DNA from: Pseudomonadota bacterium
GTDB taxonomy: Bacteria; Bdellovibrionota_C; UBA2361; OMII01
Length of the DNA stretch: 64,000 bases
Direction of reading: 5' to 3'
Assembly: GCA_046300175.1 (NCBI GenBank)
Contig: JBKCMS010000094.1
Coordinates: 366-64,365, forward strand
The position numbers and the translations under genes were made by a program. The notes under the pieces were generated by a model. The model searched no databases. It was not told the origin of the DNA and saw only the letters and a program-made list of their open reading frames with translations. Below, piece by piece: positions 53,318 through 63,512 of the stretch; position 1 is the first letter of the stretch, and each line of letters begins with the position of its first letter.

Positions 53318-53776
53318 TTACTTTGGGAGCTCCTCTCTGAGGCTTTTGACACCCTGGTCGCTCAAAGCGCGATCTATACAGTCCCATGCTAGAAGAGCGC
53401 ACTTGATCCGGGCTGAGTGGTTCTTAACGCCTTCAAGAGCCAAGGCGTCTCCAAGATCGTTAAGCGCATCTCCAGATACCTCGCTCTTAATCATCTGCCT
53501 GAAAAGCTTAGATAGCCTCTGAGCCTCTTGCGTCGATTTTCCCAACAAAAGCTCCGCCATCATCGAAGCAGTAGCCTGGCTAATAGAGCAGCCGTGTCCG
53601 GTAAACGCTATCTCCGATATAGTCCCATCGTGCAACTTAACGTTAAGGGATATCTGATCACCACATAGTGGATTATGCAGATCGACCACCCGATCAGGGT
53701 TAAGCAAGACCCCCTTGAATCGCGGCGATTTATAGTGGTCCAGGAGCAATTCCTGGTAGACATCGTCTAGCTTCAC
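53318..53776 (-). CDS. sufU: SufU/IscU-like Fe-S cluster scaffold (SufE-like sulfur acceptor)
   Basis: ...HNPLCGDQISL..., ...GHGCSISQATASMM..., ...SARIKCALLAW... are the three conserved Cys contexts of SufU/NifU-N. Confidence 0.85.
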   Translation of the reverse strand: MKLDDVYQELLLDHYKSPRFKGVLLNPDRVVDLHNPLCGDQISLNVKLHDGTISEIAFTGHGCSISQATASMMAELLLGKSTQEAQRLSKLFRQMIKSEVSGDALNDLGDALALEGVKNHSARIKCALLAWDCIDRALSDQGVKSLREELPK

Positions 53777-53974
53777 AAATGCTACTCTCTATCTTTCTTT
53801 AATTTACTGTGGAGAGTCTAGCCGATTTTTATACAGTAAGCCAATTCCGCAACTCTCTGCAAAGGGCTCCGCAGCTCTACCGCCGTTTACTCAATGCTGC
53901 TGGAGATCGCAAAAGGGATAAAATTGAGCGAGCTGCTACTATTTTACCCAGCCAATTTCCAAGCTTTGTCGGGT

Positions 53975-54301
53975 TTAAGCTGGTAGCGCGTTGAGCGCAC
54001 TGGCACGGTCGAGTATCATCGCCAGCCGTAAAAAAGGCTCTGGGTCGCCGTTAAGGTGTATAGCGCCAGATCGAAACGCCGACTGGAGTGTAGTCTCTCC
54101 GCGCACCAACCGCTGCAGGGACTGCTCATCACCACTGACTTCAGATGTTGCATTAACTCCACTAGAGATCTGCCCAGTAGATAGATCAATACCGCTAACA
54201 ACCTCTCCGCAACGCACTCTGATCTCGCACAAGACCCCTGGACGAGTCGCTCCTGATGCTGAAATCAGACCACTTAGCTCATGCAACCAACTATTACTCA
54301 T
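53975..54301 (-). CDS. Small SCP2 (sterol-carrier)-like domain protein
   Basis: 108 aa. ...LQRLVRGETTLQSAFRSGAIHLNGDPEPFLRLAMIL... resembles the C-terminal helix region of SCP2 domains. Weak call. Confidence 0.4.
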   Translation of the reverse strand: MSNSWLHELSGLISASGATRPGVLCEIRVRCGEVVSGIDLSTGQISSGVNATSEVSGDEQSLQRLVRGETTLQSAFRSGAIHLNGDPEPFLRLAMILDRASALNALPA

Positions 54302-54543
54302 CCGAACACACCCTTTGAACTCAAACCCTATCGATAACCTGAACTATTGCCCGTTAGGAAAATAAAGCCACAATTTGCTGTGATGTTATTTTCTTATTAA
54401 CGGCCTATAGCTGTTTAGTTGACGCGCTTCTAGCACCTCGATAGCCAATAACGAAAATCTGCACCATTAGTTTCCTTATTGGCCATAGATCCTTTATCTT
54501 ACCCATTCCCGATCATCTTCACCAGTAAGCCAAACCAATTCAA

Positions 54544-55560
54544 TTACACTTGAGTTCCAACCGCGGCAGACTGTAAAAACCGCTCTAGCTTTTCAATCCC
54601 CGGATGGCCGCCGATGAGCCTGCCAGCGATCTTCTTGGCCTGAAGAGCGACCAACAATGCGGCCCCTTTATCACCTACAGCCACGTAGGCTTGGGCCAAG
54701 ATGTAAAGCTCATGAATTCCGCGCCATGCTGTTACCTGACACGCTCTAAGCGCCAACTGCACAGCGTAATTTGGCTCGAAGAATGGGCCCTCATGCAGAT
54801 ACGTAAGAACTAGTAGTCGTAATACCTTGGGGTGCTCAGGAGCAACTGTTAAAGCGCGGTGAAGATGATGTCGCGCATAAGCTAGCTTACCTTCAGATAC
54901 AAGCACCTCAGCAAATGCCACCACTGCGTCAAACGGACAACGATCGTGGGCTGCTAATTTCGAAATATCATCGCGTGCGTCACCGCACATTAACACCTTG
55001 TGGGCTAACCGCGCTCGAGCTACTTCCAAAGCTGGAAAGCCCCCTGGATCGCAATGCACACGTGAAAGGAGCTCCTGGGCCTCCCTAACAACCGCCGAAT
55101 CTGCTCCGGCCTCAACGACCGCAGTAACAAAGAGAGTTGCTAGCTCTGGATCAACCGGGATCTTTTGCAGACACACTCGCATCGTCCAGATCGCTTCAGT
55201 TGAATAGCCCAACCAGAGCTGGAGTCGAGCCAGCCGAACATACCCTTCTCTTAGGTTTGGAAATGATGCGGTCACCTGTCGCAGGAATACTTCTGCCTCA
55301 TCAAATCTGTGCAGGCGAAAGAGACAGTGAGCTAAATCTAAAAGCGCGTTCACCCTTGCTTTGCTGCTAGGGTGTGACCTCAACCCTTTCATGTAACACT
55401 CAGCCGCCTTCCCAAACTCGCCGCGTCGATACAACTCTGCGCCCTCGATCCACGGGCGTACCGGTAGGGAGTGCCACCGTTGCACCCACTGCATATAGCT
55501 CTTTAATCGATTGGACGCGTTGGCCAAAGCTCTCACGACTGACTTACTCCTAAAATCCAA
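54544..55560 (-). CDS. TPR-repeat protein
   Basis: Repeated roughly 34-aa A/Y/L-rich helical hairpins (...AECYMKGLRSHPSS...ALLDLAHCLFRLHRFDEAEVFLRQV...). Confidence 0.7.
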   Translation of the reverse strand: MDFRSKSVVRALANASNRLKSYMQWVQRWHSLPVRPWIEGAELYRRGEFGKAAECYMKGLRSHPSSKARVNALLDLAHCLFRLHRFDEAEVFLRQVTASFPNLREGYVRLARLQLWLGYSTEAIWTMRVCLQKIPVDPELATLFVTAVVEAGADSAVVREAQELLSRVHCDPGGFPALEVARARLAHKVLMCGDARDDISKLAAHDRCPFDAVVAFAEVLVSEGKLAYARHHLHRALTVAPEHPKVLRLLVLTYLHEGPFFEPNYAVQLALRACQVTAWRGIHELYILAQAYVAVGDKGAALLVALQAKKIAGRLIGGHPGIEKLERFLQSAAVGTQV

Positions 55561-55681
55561 ATCGGGGTCGCAGAAAGGAGCGAACCCATGCTACCATCTT
55601 ATATTCTGCAACCTAGCGTTCAGTGCTTCAGCAAATCGCTGCGGACCACCCATCAGGCCCCGCGATTCAACCGGGTAGTGT

Positions 55682-57109
55682 ATGTCAAATATAAATAATA
55701 CTGAGTCATTACAGGCACTTTTCAGCCAGATACTGCCCTCCGAGCGGGTCCTCAGCGATAGTCAATCACGGCAGTTTTACGGGCGCGACTGGCTAAAAGA
55801 CTTCTCCCCCTCGCCCGCCCTGGTACTGCTACCAGAGAGCACCAAAGAAGTGCAATCCATCGTCAGCCTCTGCCATAAGCATGGCATAGCCATCGTCCCA
55901 TCAGGTGGAAGAACCGGTCTTAGTGGCGGAGCCACTGCCACAAACGGAGAGGTAGTAATCAACATGGAGCGCATGCGCTCGATTATCGAGATTGATCGCT
56001 CGGCACGTACCGCTCGCTGCCAAGCGGGGGTTGTGCTTGAACAGTTGCAGATCGCTGCGGCTGCCAAGGACCTATACTTTCCAGTAGATTTTTCAAGTCG
56101 CGGCTCATCTCAAATAGGGGGCAACATCGCCACAAATGCCGGCGGGATTCGCGTCATAAAGTATGGCAATATGCGCGATTCAGTACTTGGCCTCACCGTT
56201 GTGACCGGAACCGGCGAAGTTTTGGAACTAAACGGCCCCTTACACAAGAACAACTCCGGATACGACCTTCGCAACTTATTCATTGGCTCGGAAGGCACGC
56301 TCGGTATAATCACTGAAGCGATCCTAAAGCTCACATCACCGCCTCGCGATGTAGTGAGGGTACTGTGTGGCTTGTCGGATTTTGATTCAGTACTTACGCT
56401 TCTCACATACTGTCGAGACACAATCCCCAATCTATCGGCCTTTGAATTTATGGAGAGGGTTCCATATTCAGAGGTCATCAGGCATCGCGGTCTCCGTGAC
56501 CCTCTATCCCAATCATACCAAGCATACGTGCTGATAGAGAGCGAGATCCGATCAAGCACCGAACATGAGGCTCTCACTGCGGCGTGTGCAGAGGCGTACG
56601 AACGCGGTCTGATTCAAGATGTAGTGGTCAGCGAGTCTTCAGCTCAGGCCCAAGAGCTTATGAATCTAAGAGATTTAATTAGCGAGACACTCAGCCAGCA
56701 CTACACCATTCACAAAAACGATGTGTCGGTACCTGTTACGGCGATCCCCGCCTTCCTGCGCGACCTGCACAGCGCAATTCGCGAAACATACCCGAGTTAT
56801 CGCGTGGCAGTTTTCGGACATGTAGGCGATGGGAATCTCCACGTAAATGTCCTCAAGCCGGCAGACATGGATGACGCGCAATTCTGGAGCAATTGCCATG
56901 CGGCTGACACAATCGTCTTTACTATCGTGCAAAGATACAGGGGCAGCATCTCAGCGGAACACGGAGTTGGCCTATTAAAGCGCGACTTTATTCACTTTAC
57001 CCGTTCTAAGTCTGAGATCGATATCATGCGCGGAATTAAGGCCGTACTCGATCCGAAAGGCATCATGAATCCAGGTAAGATATTTATAGCGTTCTCCAGA
57101 AGTCCGTAG
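55682..57109 (+). CDS. FAD-linked oxidase (GlcD / D-2-hydroxyacid dehydrogenase family)
   Basis: FAD-binding PCMH-type N-terminus (...IVPSGGRTGLSGGA..., ...GNIATNAGGIRVIKYG..., ...GSEGTLGIITEA...) and C-terminal ...HVGDGNLHVN..., ...GSISAEHGVG..., ...LDPKGIMNPGK... Confidence 0.88.
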   Translation: MSNINNTESLQALFSQILPSERVLSDSQSRQFYGRDWLKDFSPSPALVLLPESTKEVQSIVSLCHKHGIAIVPSGGRTGLSGGATATNGEVVINMERMRSIIEIDRSARTARCQAGVVLEQLQIAAAAKDLYFPVDFSSRGSSQIGGNIATNAGGIRVIKYGNMRDSVLGLTVVTGTGEVLELNGPLHKNNSGYDLRNLFIGSEGTLGIITEAILKLTSPPRDVVRVLCGLSDFDSVLTLLTYCRDTIPNLSAFEFMERVPYSEVIRHRGLRDPLSQSYQAYVLIESEIRSSTEHEALTAACAEAYERGLIQDVVVSESSAQAQELMNLRDLISETLSQHYTIHKNDVSVPVTAIPAFLRDLHSAIRETYPSYRVAVFGHVGDGNLHVNVLKPADMDDAQFWSNCHAADTIVFTIVQRYRGSISAEHGVGLLKRDFIHFTRSKSEIDIMRGIKAVLDPKGIMNPGKIFIAFSRSP

Positions 57110-57246
57110 CGAAATCCGGGCTTTTGGGGAACGCTATCGATTCGCGGATGCGAATCAAAACAACAACTTATAGTGATGTAACGCAAAAACCTTGCCAATT
57201 TTACTGGCACGGACTTTTGCACATCAATTTAAACCCCACGCGAGAG

Positions 57247-57277
57247 ATTTTTGAAAAATATGAATGAGGGTGGGCTT
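57247..57277. repeat. ATTTTTGAAAAA motif + AATGAGGGTGGGCT (site 4 of 4)
   Basis: Exact 12-mer at 57247-57258, then ATGAATGAGGGTGGGCT. The string AATGAGGGTGGG also occurs at 4948-4959, just right of MITE A2. The site lies between two convergent gene ends. Confidence 0.55.
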
Positions 57278-57304
57278 AGCTCGACTCTGATTAAGTTACG
57301 CAGT

Positions 57305-58117
57305 CTAAAGCTGCTCCCCGTACTTCACGGAGCGCGAATCTCTTAAAGCGGCGCTACTTGGCCGAAGATTCTCAGCGATAACGATCACACTAGATCCCAT
57401 TTTGAAGGTACCTAGCTTGTCCCCAGCCACAACAGGGATACTCGGATGATCTACTACTTTCACCGATTTAGGCTCCCACGGTCGCATGTTGGTCTCCAGT
57501 GGCGCGTAATGTAGCGCGATACGACCGACATTTGTAGCTCCAATCATTACAACCGCTACTAGCCCATCTTGCGTTTCAATAAAGGTAACAACCCGCTCGT
57601 TAACCGCAAAAAGATAATCGACTGAGTTGAGCGCCCAATCGTTCACAGGCCATAGCTTTCCTGGAATGTGCACGGTGCGAACTATCATTCCACCTGCTGG
57701 GGCAAAGATGTGGTGCGCATCGGACGGAGAGAGATACATGTTCCACAGCGCACCGCGCTCTAGTCGTGACGTAAAACTATCTCCTGCAAGAAGCTGCTCA
57801 AGGCTATAGTCTCGGCCCTTCACCTGTGAAATCAGCATACCGGGGCTAAGCTCGTGGTAGGAGCGCAACTTACCATCGACTGGGCAGATAAACCGATCTC
57901 CTAGTGGTCGCTCCTCAGGCCTGAGGTCCCTGGTAAAGAACTCTCCGATCGAACGAAACTCGTTTACTGGCCTGGTCGCAGTTGTGTGGTCTATACCGTA
58001 GAACCAGGCAAATACTCGAATCGTCCACTCGGCCAACGGCTGAGGCAATGGAAGATTAGCCAATAGTCCTAGAAACCAACTGATGTAGGAGAGCGGCAGG
58101 TATCGAATCAGGCTCAT
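57305..58117 (-). CDS. psd: Phosphatidylserine decarboxylase proenzyme
   Basis: ...FFTRDL..., ...SPSDAHHIFAP..., ...NERVV..., and the cleavage-site context ...LGTFKMGSSVIV... (a G-S-S/T motif). Confidence 0.85.
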   Translation of the reverse strand: MSLIRYLPLSYISWFLGLLANLPLPQPLAEWTIRVFAWFYGIDHTTATRPVNEFRSIGEFFTRDLRPEERPLGDRFICPVDGKLRSYHELSPGMLISQVKGRDYSLEQLLAGDSFTSRLERGALWNMYLSPSDAHHIFAPAGGMIVRTVHIPGKLWPVNDWALNSVDYLFAVNERVVTFIETQDGLVAVVMIGATNVGRIALHYAPLETNMRPWEPKSVKVVDHPSIPVVAGDKLGTFKMGSSVIVIAENLRPSSAALRDSRSVKYGEQL

Positions 58118-59118
58118 GAGCTACTTTTTTCATTTAGCGCCCGAATGAGGTTCTCAACTGCTGCCGTTCCCTGTCGAACCACACTCTCATATGTGCGACT
58201 ACCTACGTGAGGAGTAAGGTGCACATTGGCCAATCCAAGGAGTGGATTGTCAAGCTGCACCGGCTCTGGGTCAAGCACGTCGGCACCGTAACCCGCAACG
58301 TGGCCCGAGCGAACTAGATCGGCCAAAGCTCGCTGGTCGACTAGAGCTCCGCGACTTACATTCACCACGTACACACCCCGGCGACACATCACAAGACGCC
58401 GACGATTGAGAAAATGTTGATTGTCACGGGTCAGGCTCATGTGAACTGAGAGGAAATCCGAGTGCGGGAATATATCCTCGTCCTTAGGAGCTCTTTGTAT
58501 TGTGGGTCGGTACTCGGAGAACAATCCGTGCGAGAATACCTGTGTCAGCTCGTCTAGATACGCCGCGTGTTGCTGTGACCACGAGGTATTAAACACCCGC
58601 ACGTTCATGCCGAATGCCATTGCACGTTTAGCAACCTCTTTACCCACTCTGCCGAAACCGAGAATGCCGAGCGTCTTTCCCGCCAACTCTCGACCTGTAT
58701 GGCGACGCCACTCTCCCTTGTGCACCAGAGCGTTCTGCTCGGGGATGTACCGAGTTAAACTCAAAAGCAATCCGAAAGTCAGTTCAGTCACCGTTGTATG
58801 GTTAACTCCTGGTGTGTTGGTAACCTTAATCCCCAACCTCTCAGCCTCAGATAGATCAATCTTATCGAGACCAACTCCGTACTTACTTATTACCTTGGCT
58901 TTGGGAGCCGCTGCCTGCAACACCTGAGCACTAAAGTCGTCTTCACCACAAACAAATGCATCGAACTTAGAGCCATCGCCGATATAAGACAGCAGCTGCT
59001 CTGCATTGAGAGGCCCACGCGCCTTTACTACCTCAAATCCAGCCTCTAAAAGCTTGGAGACGTGCGGACCCGGCGTGTCTATAAAACTGGAGGTTGATAC
59101 TAGTACTGAATACGTCAT
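58114..59118 (-). CDS. D-isomer-specific 2-hydroxyacid dehydrogenase (PGDH/SerA-like)
   Basis: NAD-binding motif ...LGILGFGRVGKEVAKRA..., ...NVSRGALVD..., ...HLTPHVGS... The stop overlaps the psd start (ATGA at 58114-58117). Confidence 0.85.
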   Translation of the reverse strand: MTYSVLVSTSSFIDTPGPHVSKLLEAGFEVVKARGPLNAEQLLSYIGDGSKFDAFVCGEDDFSAQVLQAAAPKAKVISKYGVGLDKIDLSEAERLGIKVTNTPGVNHTTVTELTFGLLLSLTRYIPEQNALVHKGEWRRHTGRELAGKTLGILGFGRVGKEVAKRAMAFGMNVRVFNTSWSQQHAAYLDELTQVFSHGLFSEYRPTIQRAPKDEDIFPHSDFLSVHMSLTRDNQHFLNRRRLVMCRRGVYVVNVSRGALVDQRALADLVRSGHVAGYGADVLDPEPVQLDNPLLGLANVHLTPHVGSRTYESVVRQGTAAVENLIRALNEKSSS

Positions 59119-59344
59119 TACACATCACTCCCTTGCGGGTCGCTTGGCAGACAATCGGTCTACCGTATCAAAGCCAGGTTCGCGGATCAAGCCAAACAGG
59201 GTTGACCATGGACTCTTCAACTCAACGCCAAGGTATTGACCTTACAGCAGAAAAATCTCCCGGCCGTAGCTACTCCATTTGCCGCATCGAATGAAATGAA
59301 GTACTCTCGATCGTAGGCCAAGGTGCCTAAGTGTTAAGTCAGCT

Positions 59345-60397
59345 ATGATCTCCCCGGCAACCAAACAGCATTCAGCACCGCTTTCCGCTCGTAGCAAGGC
59401 GCTGCTAGTCACCTTTGGCGCCTGTCTAGCAGTTGCAATCAGCGCAGTGACACTCCAGTTCATTCCAACGGCGCCGGAAGGCACCGAATTTAATTCTCTT
59501 GCCGACCTACGTCGCGCTCTGCAGGAACCCCATCAACCACAGAATGGCACCAGACAGAAGTCCAGTGGCAGCATATCTCTCAAGCACATCGTTCAGTCAC
59601 ACCCCAGTGATTCAATCATTTACACCCTGCAGCCAAACCTAGATTTGACCTTCATACGAGCGCGTGTCGTAACCAACTCATGTGGCATGCGCTCTCCTGA
59701 ACGACCGATCGCTAAGCCTCCCGGCACCTATCGAATCGCTCTGCTAGGCGATTCGTTTGCATTTGGTTGGGGGGTCGCCCAGGAGGCGACCTTCGCCCAG
59801 AAACTTGAGGACAACTTAAATAGGATAGCAGCCTCGAAGAAACGCTTTGAGGTGCTTAACTTTGGGGTACCAGGATACTCAACTTTTCAGGAGGTGGCGC
59901 TCTTTGAGGAGCTAGCGCTCGATTTTAATCCAGATGCGCTGCTGGTCTACTTCGTTCAGAATGATTTCGGGATGCCATTCTTCGTGCGAGACATTGACGG
60001 GTCAGGCGGTCTATTCTCCTCGATGAAATTTGTTCAACTTAGTCGCAAGCTGCTATCGCCGGATGCGCTCAACGAGCAGATATCTCGTCTTGGCCTGCAT
60101 CCCAATAACGCCCTTGAGCGTCTAGCCTCGCTCTGCGAACGTCACGGAATTAAACTTTTCTTCACGGTCAATCCACGCAAATCGTGGCGACGAGATTTAA
60201 GCCAACTGTCAGCGATAAAAAACAATCCTAATGTTCAGATTATCCCTCTACGAGAAGGCCTTTTAGAGTATATTAGTAGGAATAACATACCTCAGGAGGC
60301 TCTTACGTTATCTTTTGATCCACATCCAAGCGAGATTCGTCATACCATATTAGGGGGACTATTGACCCCGCACTTTATGGAAGCTGCACAATTATGA
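59345..60397 (+). CDS. SGNH/GDSL-family hydrolase with an N-terminal membrane anchor
   Basis: Block I ...IALLGDSFAFGWGV... (GDS), block III ...NFGVPGYST..., block V ...FDPHPSEIRH... (DxxH). A hydrophobic anchor lies near the N-terminus. Confidence 0.75.
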   Translation: MISPATKQHSAPLSARSKALLVTFGACLAVAISAVTLQFIPTAPEGTEFNSLADLRRALQEPHQPQNGTRQKSSGSISLKHIVQSHPSDSIIYTLQPNLDLTFIRARVVTNSCGMRSPERPIAKPPGTYRIALLGDSFAFGWGVAQEATFAQKLEDNLNRIAASKKRFEVLNFGVPGYSTFQEVALFEELALDFNPDALLVYFVQNDFGMPFFVRDIDGSGGLFSSMKFVQLSRKLLSPDALNEQISRLGLHPNNALERLASLCERHGIKLFFTVNPRKSWRRDLSQLSAIKNNPNVQIIPLREGLLEYISRNNIPQEALTLSFDPHPSEIRHTILGGLLTPHFMEAAQL

Positions 60398-61554
60398 TTC
60401 GAACTTTTTTCACATCCATTCGTCTAGCGCTGGTATTGCTCTGTTGCTGGTGCTCAATGGCAGCAGCTGAAGAGACCCCTAGCGCCACTCCTCAACAACA
60501 GCAGCAACTAAAGGACTCCAACCGCCCACAGCCAACAGTACCCACACAAAGCCTTCAAAAGGCGCTAAGCATAACCGACCTAAAAATCGAAATGGCTGAG
60601 AGTAGTTGGAAAATCAAGCCAACCTTACGCGCTCTCACTGAGCTAGCAAACGCGCTTGAGCAGTACCTTAACGAGAACTGTTTCGGTGACATGTTAAAGA
60701 CTCTATCGTATGTCGGACCTCCCACTAATCCCGACTGCCTAATGCGCATGGAGCGGCTGCTCGATATCTATCCAGAAAATCCCGTCGCAACCTGCTTACG
60801 AGATGGCATAGAGGCGCAGTCGTGTAGCGATGCCTATCGTGGCCAGAGCATGACCCAATTCTCATCAGCAACTTCCTCCGAAGATGCCCCCGATCCTGCG
60901 CTACGAGTTGGTCTCTCTGCTCAAGATAACGAAAAGCTGCGAGCAATTAACGAAACGCTCTCAAATGTTAACAGAGACTACCAGCGCTCTACCACCGATG
61001 CTGAAAAGCAAAAGCACACTGAGGATGCGATGCACCTCTATGATCGGGCTCTAAGTATCGCGTGTAAGATCGTAGCACTAAAGCTTGACGATCCATCTGC
61101 GTCAAAGAACCAGGAGAGTGAACACCCATCTGTCCGGGAAGCGCGCGAAAAATTGCTAAAAATACCGCCCGCCCTGCGCCCCGACTACCAAAACAAGCTG
61201 ATAACAGAAGCGGAGGAAGACCTGGCTAAGGCAAAGAATTCTCCTAGCGATCAAAAGGTCATTCTGGCCAAGATAGCTGCAATACAGAATCCCGAAGTGG
61301 ACACAACCCCAAAGACGGCCGGAAAGATTCGCTATCGAGTCGTTCTTCCTCAGTGCTATGACCTAGTGGGTAAGGCGACTGTACTCGTTCCAAACCTGCC
61401 ATCCCCAACGTGCCATCGAGATGGATGGCAATCACCACAGTGCCTCGCAGCGATTAAAAAGTGGCACACCTATAAAGCGCAAGTAGCAGAGCGAAAGAAG
61501 CAGAGCGAGCAGCGCGCCCTCCCGACACCGGGCTCGCAGATATCATCTTTTTAA
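60394..61554 (+). CDS. Secreted hypothetical protein (Cys-containing, helical)
   Basis: Signal peptide MIRTFFTSIRLALVLLCCWCSMAAA, a Gln-rich spacer, and several paired cysteines. The start overlaps the SGNH gene stop (ATGA at 60394-60397). No family recognised. Confidence 0.55.
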   Translation: MIRTFFTSIRLALVLLCCWCSMAAAEETPSATPQQQQQLKDSNRPQPTVPTQSLQKALSITDLKIEMAESSWKIKPTLRALTELANALEQYLNENCFGDMLKTLSYVGPPTNPDCLMRMERLLDIYPENPVATCLRDGIEAQSCSDAYRGQSMTQFSSATSSEDAPDPALRVGLSAQDNEKLRAINETLSNVNRDYQRSTTDAEKQKHTEDAMHLYDRALSIACKIVALKLDDPSASKNQESEHPSVREAREKLLKIPPALRPDYQNKLITEAEEDLAKAKNSPSDQKVILAKIAAIQNPEVDTTPKTAGKIRYRVVLPQCYDLVGKATVLVPNLPSPTCHRDGWQSPQCLAAIKKWHTYKAQVAERKKQSEQRALPTPGSQISSF

Positions 61555-61675
61555 TTCCTCCTAGGGTCATAAGGCTGGGCGCATTACTGCTAAATCAGTT
61601 AAGCCTATCTCTGCACGCAACTTTTAAACGCTTTCTCCGATTACCTGTGATGCAAGTAACTTCAAGGAGCAGTAT

Positions 61676-62053
61676 ATGCACAGGAATATCTCGACCGCTC
61701 AAGGCGGCTTTACTCTAGTTGAACTTCTGGTTGTGATGGGCATTATCAGCACCCTAATCGCCGTAGCCCTACCAAGGTACGCCAGCTATCGCGCAAGCGC
61801 ATTTGATAGCCGTGCCGAGATGGACCTGCGTTCTGTCGCCATGGCTGAAGAGGCCTATTTCCTCGAAAACGATGCTTACCTTGCCTGTGCACAAGAGAGC
61901 TGCACACGACTTCCTGGGATTAAACGGCTCTCTGCTGGTGTTACGCTCTCTATAACTGCCTCTGAGACCGGATTCACTGGCACAGCATCCCACCCAAAGG
62001 GATCAGGCAGGGTCTTTACCTGGGATTCAGAGCAGGGTGGATTCAGTGGCTAA
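61676..62053 (+). CDS. Type IV pilin-like protein (prepilin-type N-terminal methylation domain)
   Basis: ...AQGGFTLVELLVVMGIISTLIAVALPRY... is the canonical class III signal (G/F cleavage site with Glu at position +5). A pair of cysteines is present in the C-terminal half. No pil assembly genes are nearby. Confidence 0.8.
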   Translation: MHRNISTAQGGFTLVELLVVMGIISTLIAVALPRYASYRASAFDSRAEMDLRSVAMAEEAYFLENDAYLACAQESCTRLPGIKRLSAGVTLSITASETGFTGTASHPKGSGRVFTWDSEQGGFSG

Positions 62054-62120
62054 ACACACAAAAACTAAAGAGCCCTAGTCGCCGGGCCGAGAATCCCGAA
62101 TTTCCTTCAACCTAGGAACG

Positions 62121-63512
62121 TTAGTTGAGCTCTTTAGCCTCACTCCACTCTTTGGCTATTTTGGCTGCCTCGGCCCTAATCTCACGCACGGCCGTTATCT
62201 CCCACAGATCCTCTCGCTGTAATGGTCCTATTAGGGCGATCGAGTGGGGTGATCCTGCGCCAAAAAAATTATAGCTTATGCTTACGCCTAGCCCGAGTGT
62301 TCCGACCCGCAGCCCTCCTTTGTGAAGGAGCTCTTTTATCAGAGGCATCTCAACTTTAGCGAGATCACCCTCTGGACCAGCGCAGAGTATAGCGCGGTCA
62401 AACCACACTGTGGTCATGCCGCTAACCTCTTTACCATTAACTCCTCTAATGGCATGAGCTTCGCTTAACTTAACCTCTACCTGCGACAGCTTAGCTGACA
62501 CAGCACGAATCCGTCCGCTTACTAGACTCAGCTTACGTTGCTCTATTAGCTGATTTAAGGTGTCGTGATGTTGCCGTGGAATGCGGTGACGATGAATCTC
62601 CCAGATTGGCCTTAATAGCCTTAAAAATCGGCTCTTCTCGCGCATCGAAAAACGACTCCAGATAACATGGAGGTTAGGCCTCAATGCCGCTATTACAGGT
62701 TGCGACGAGCCTAATCTTAACGCTTCGCTGATTACTAGCCGCGTTAGTCCATTGAGCCCAAGCCGAGCCACCTCACTTTGCGCGCCAAGCCTCGGGTCGA
62801 TCTCAAGCTTGGATTGCTGAACTGCCTCGTGCGCAAGCGGCAATCTACCATGTCGAGAAAGCAGGGTGTATTCACCTCTAAAGCCCCTACCCTTCGCCTC
62901 CAAAACGGCATCAACCGCGGTTAATGAACTGCCGATAATTAATATTCTCTGACACTCAGAGATACCCCGATAGGTATCTTGATCATACGGGCTCAACAAC
63001 ACTTTCTGGTCCCGCAATCCCGCAAAGCTAGCGCGTGGGATATTACCCAAGGCCAAAGCACAGAGATCGGCTTTCAATGTACTTCCAGAGGCTAGCGTGA
63101 CCGTGTATCGGCAAGCCGCATCTAGTGGCGAGATATCAATCGCTTCATCCTTAATCGTGGTGAACACCAACTGCGCGGGTGGCGCGCGCCTAAGCTCTTC
63201 TAAGAGCGACTTTAAGTATTCGCCGTACAATCTTCGCGTGACGAACTGATCACCTGTAATTGATCGCTCTCTAAGCTTGACCCAATTAAAGAATCCAGCT
63301 GGATCCTCAGGAAACGCTCCCATCTGATCAGCCGGAACATTTAATTTACACAGGTCACTTGGAACGGTGTAGGCCAAACCCGGCCCTACATCACTGCGCT
63401 TTTCAACGATGGTGATCCTTAGCTGTGAGCTCTGCCATTGACGTGCCAGCTGTAACGCCACTAACGCTCCGCTCAAGCCGCCGCCGATTATAACGACATC
63501 TTTTCCGGTCAC
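62121..63512 (-). CDS. FAD/NAD(P)-binding oxidoreductase (PF13454-like architecture)
   Basis: MTGKDVVIIGGGLSGALVALQLAR dinucleotide-binding motif and a second Rossmann-like motif ...ILIIGSSLTAVDAVLE... 463 aa. Confidence 0.7.
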   Translation of the reverse strand: MTGKDVVIIGGGLSGALVALQLARQWQSSQLRITIVEKRSDVGPGLAYTVPSDLCKLNVPADQMGAFPEDPAGFFNWVKLRERSITGDQFVTRRLYGEYLKSLLEELRRAPPAQLVFTTIKDEAIDISPLDAACRYTVTLASGSTLKADLCALALGNIPRASFAGLRDQKVLLSPYDQDTYRGISECQRILIIGSSLTAVDAVLEAKGRGFRGEYTLLSRHGRLPLAHEAVQQSKLEIDPRLGAQSEVARLGLNGLTRLVISEALRLGSSQPVIAALRPNLHVIWSRFSMREKSRFLRLLRPIWEIHRHRIPRQHHDTLNQLIEQRKLSLVSGRIRAVSAKLSQVEVKLSEAHAIRGVNGKEVSGMTTVWFDRAILCAGPEGDLAKVEMPLIKELLHKGGLRVGTLGLGVSISYNFFGAGSPHSIALIGPLQREDLWEITAVREIRAEAAKIAKEWSEAKELN

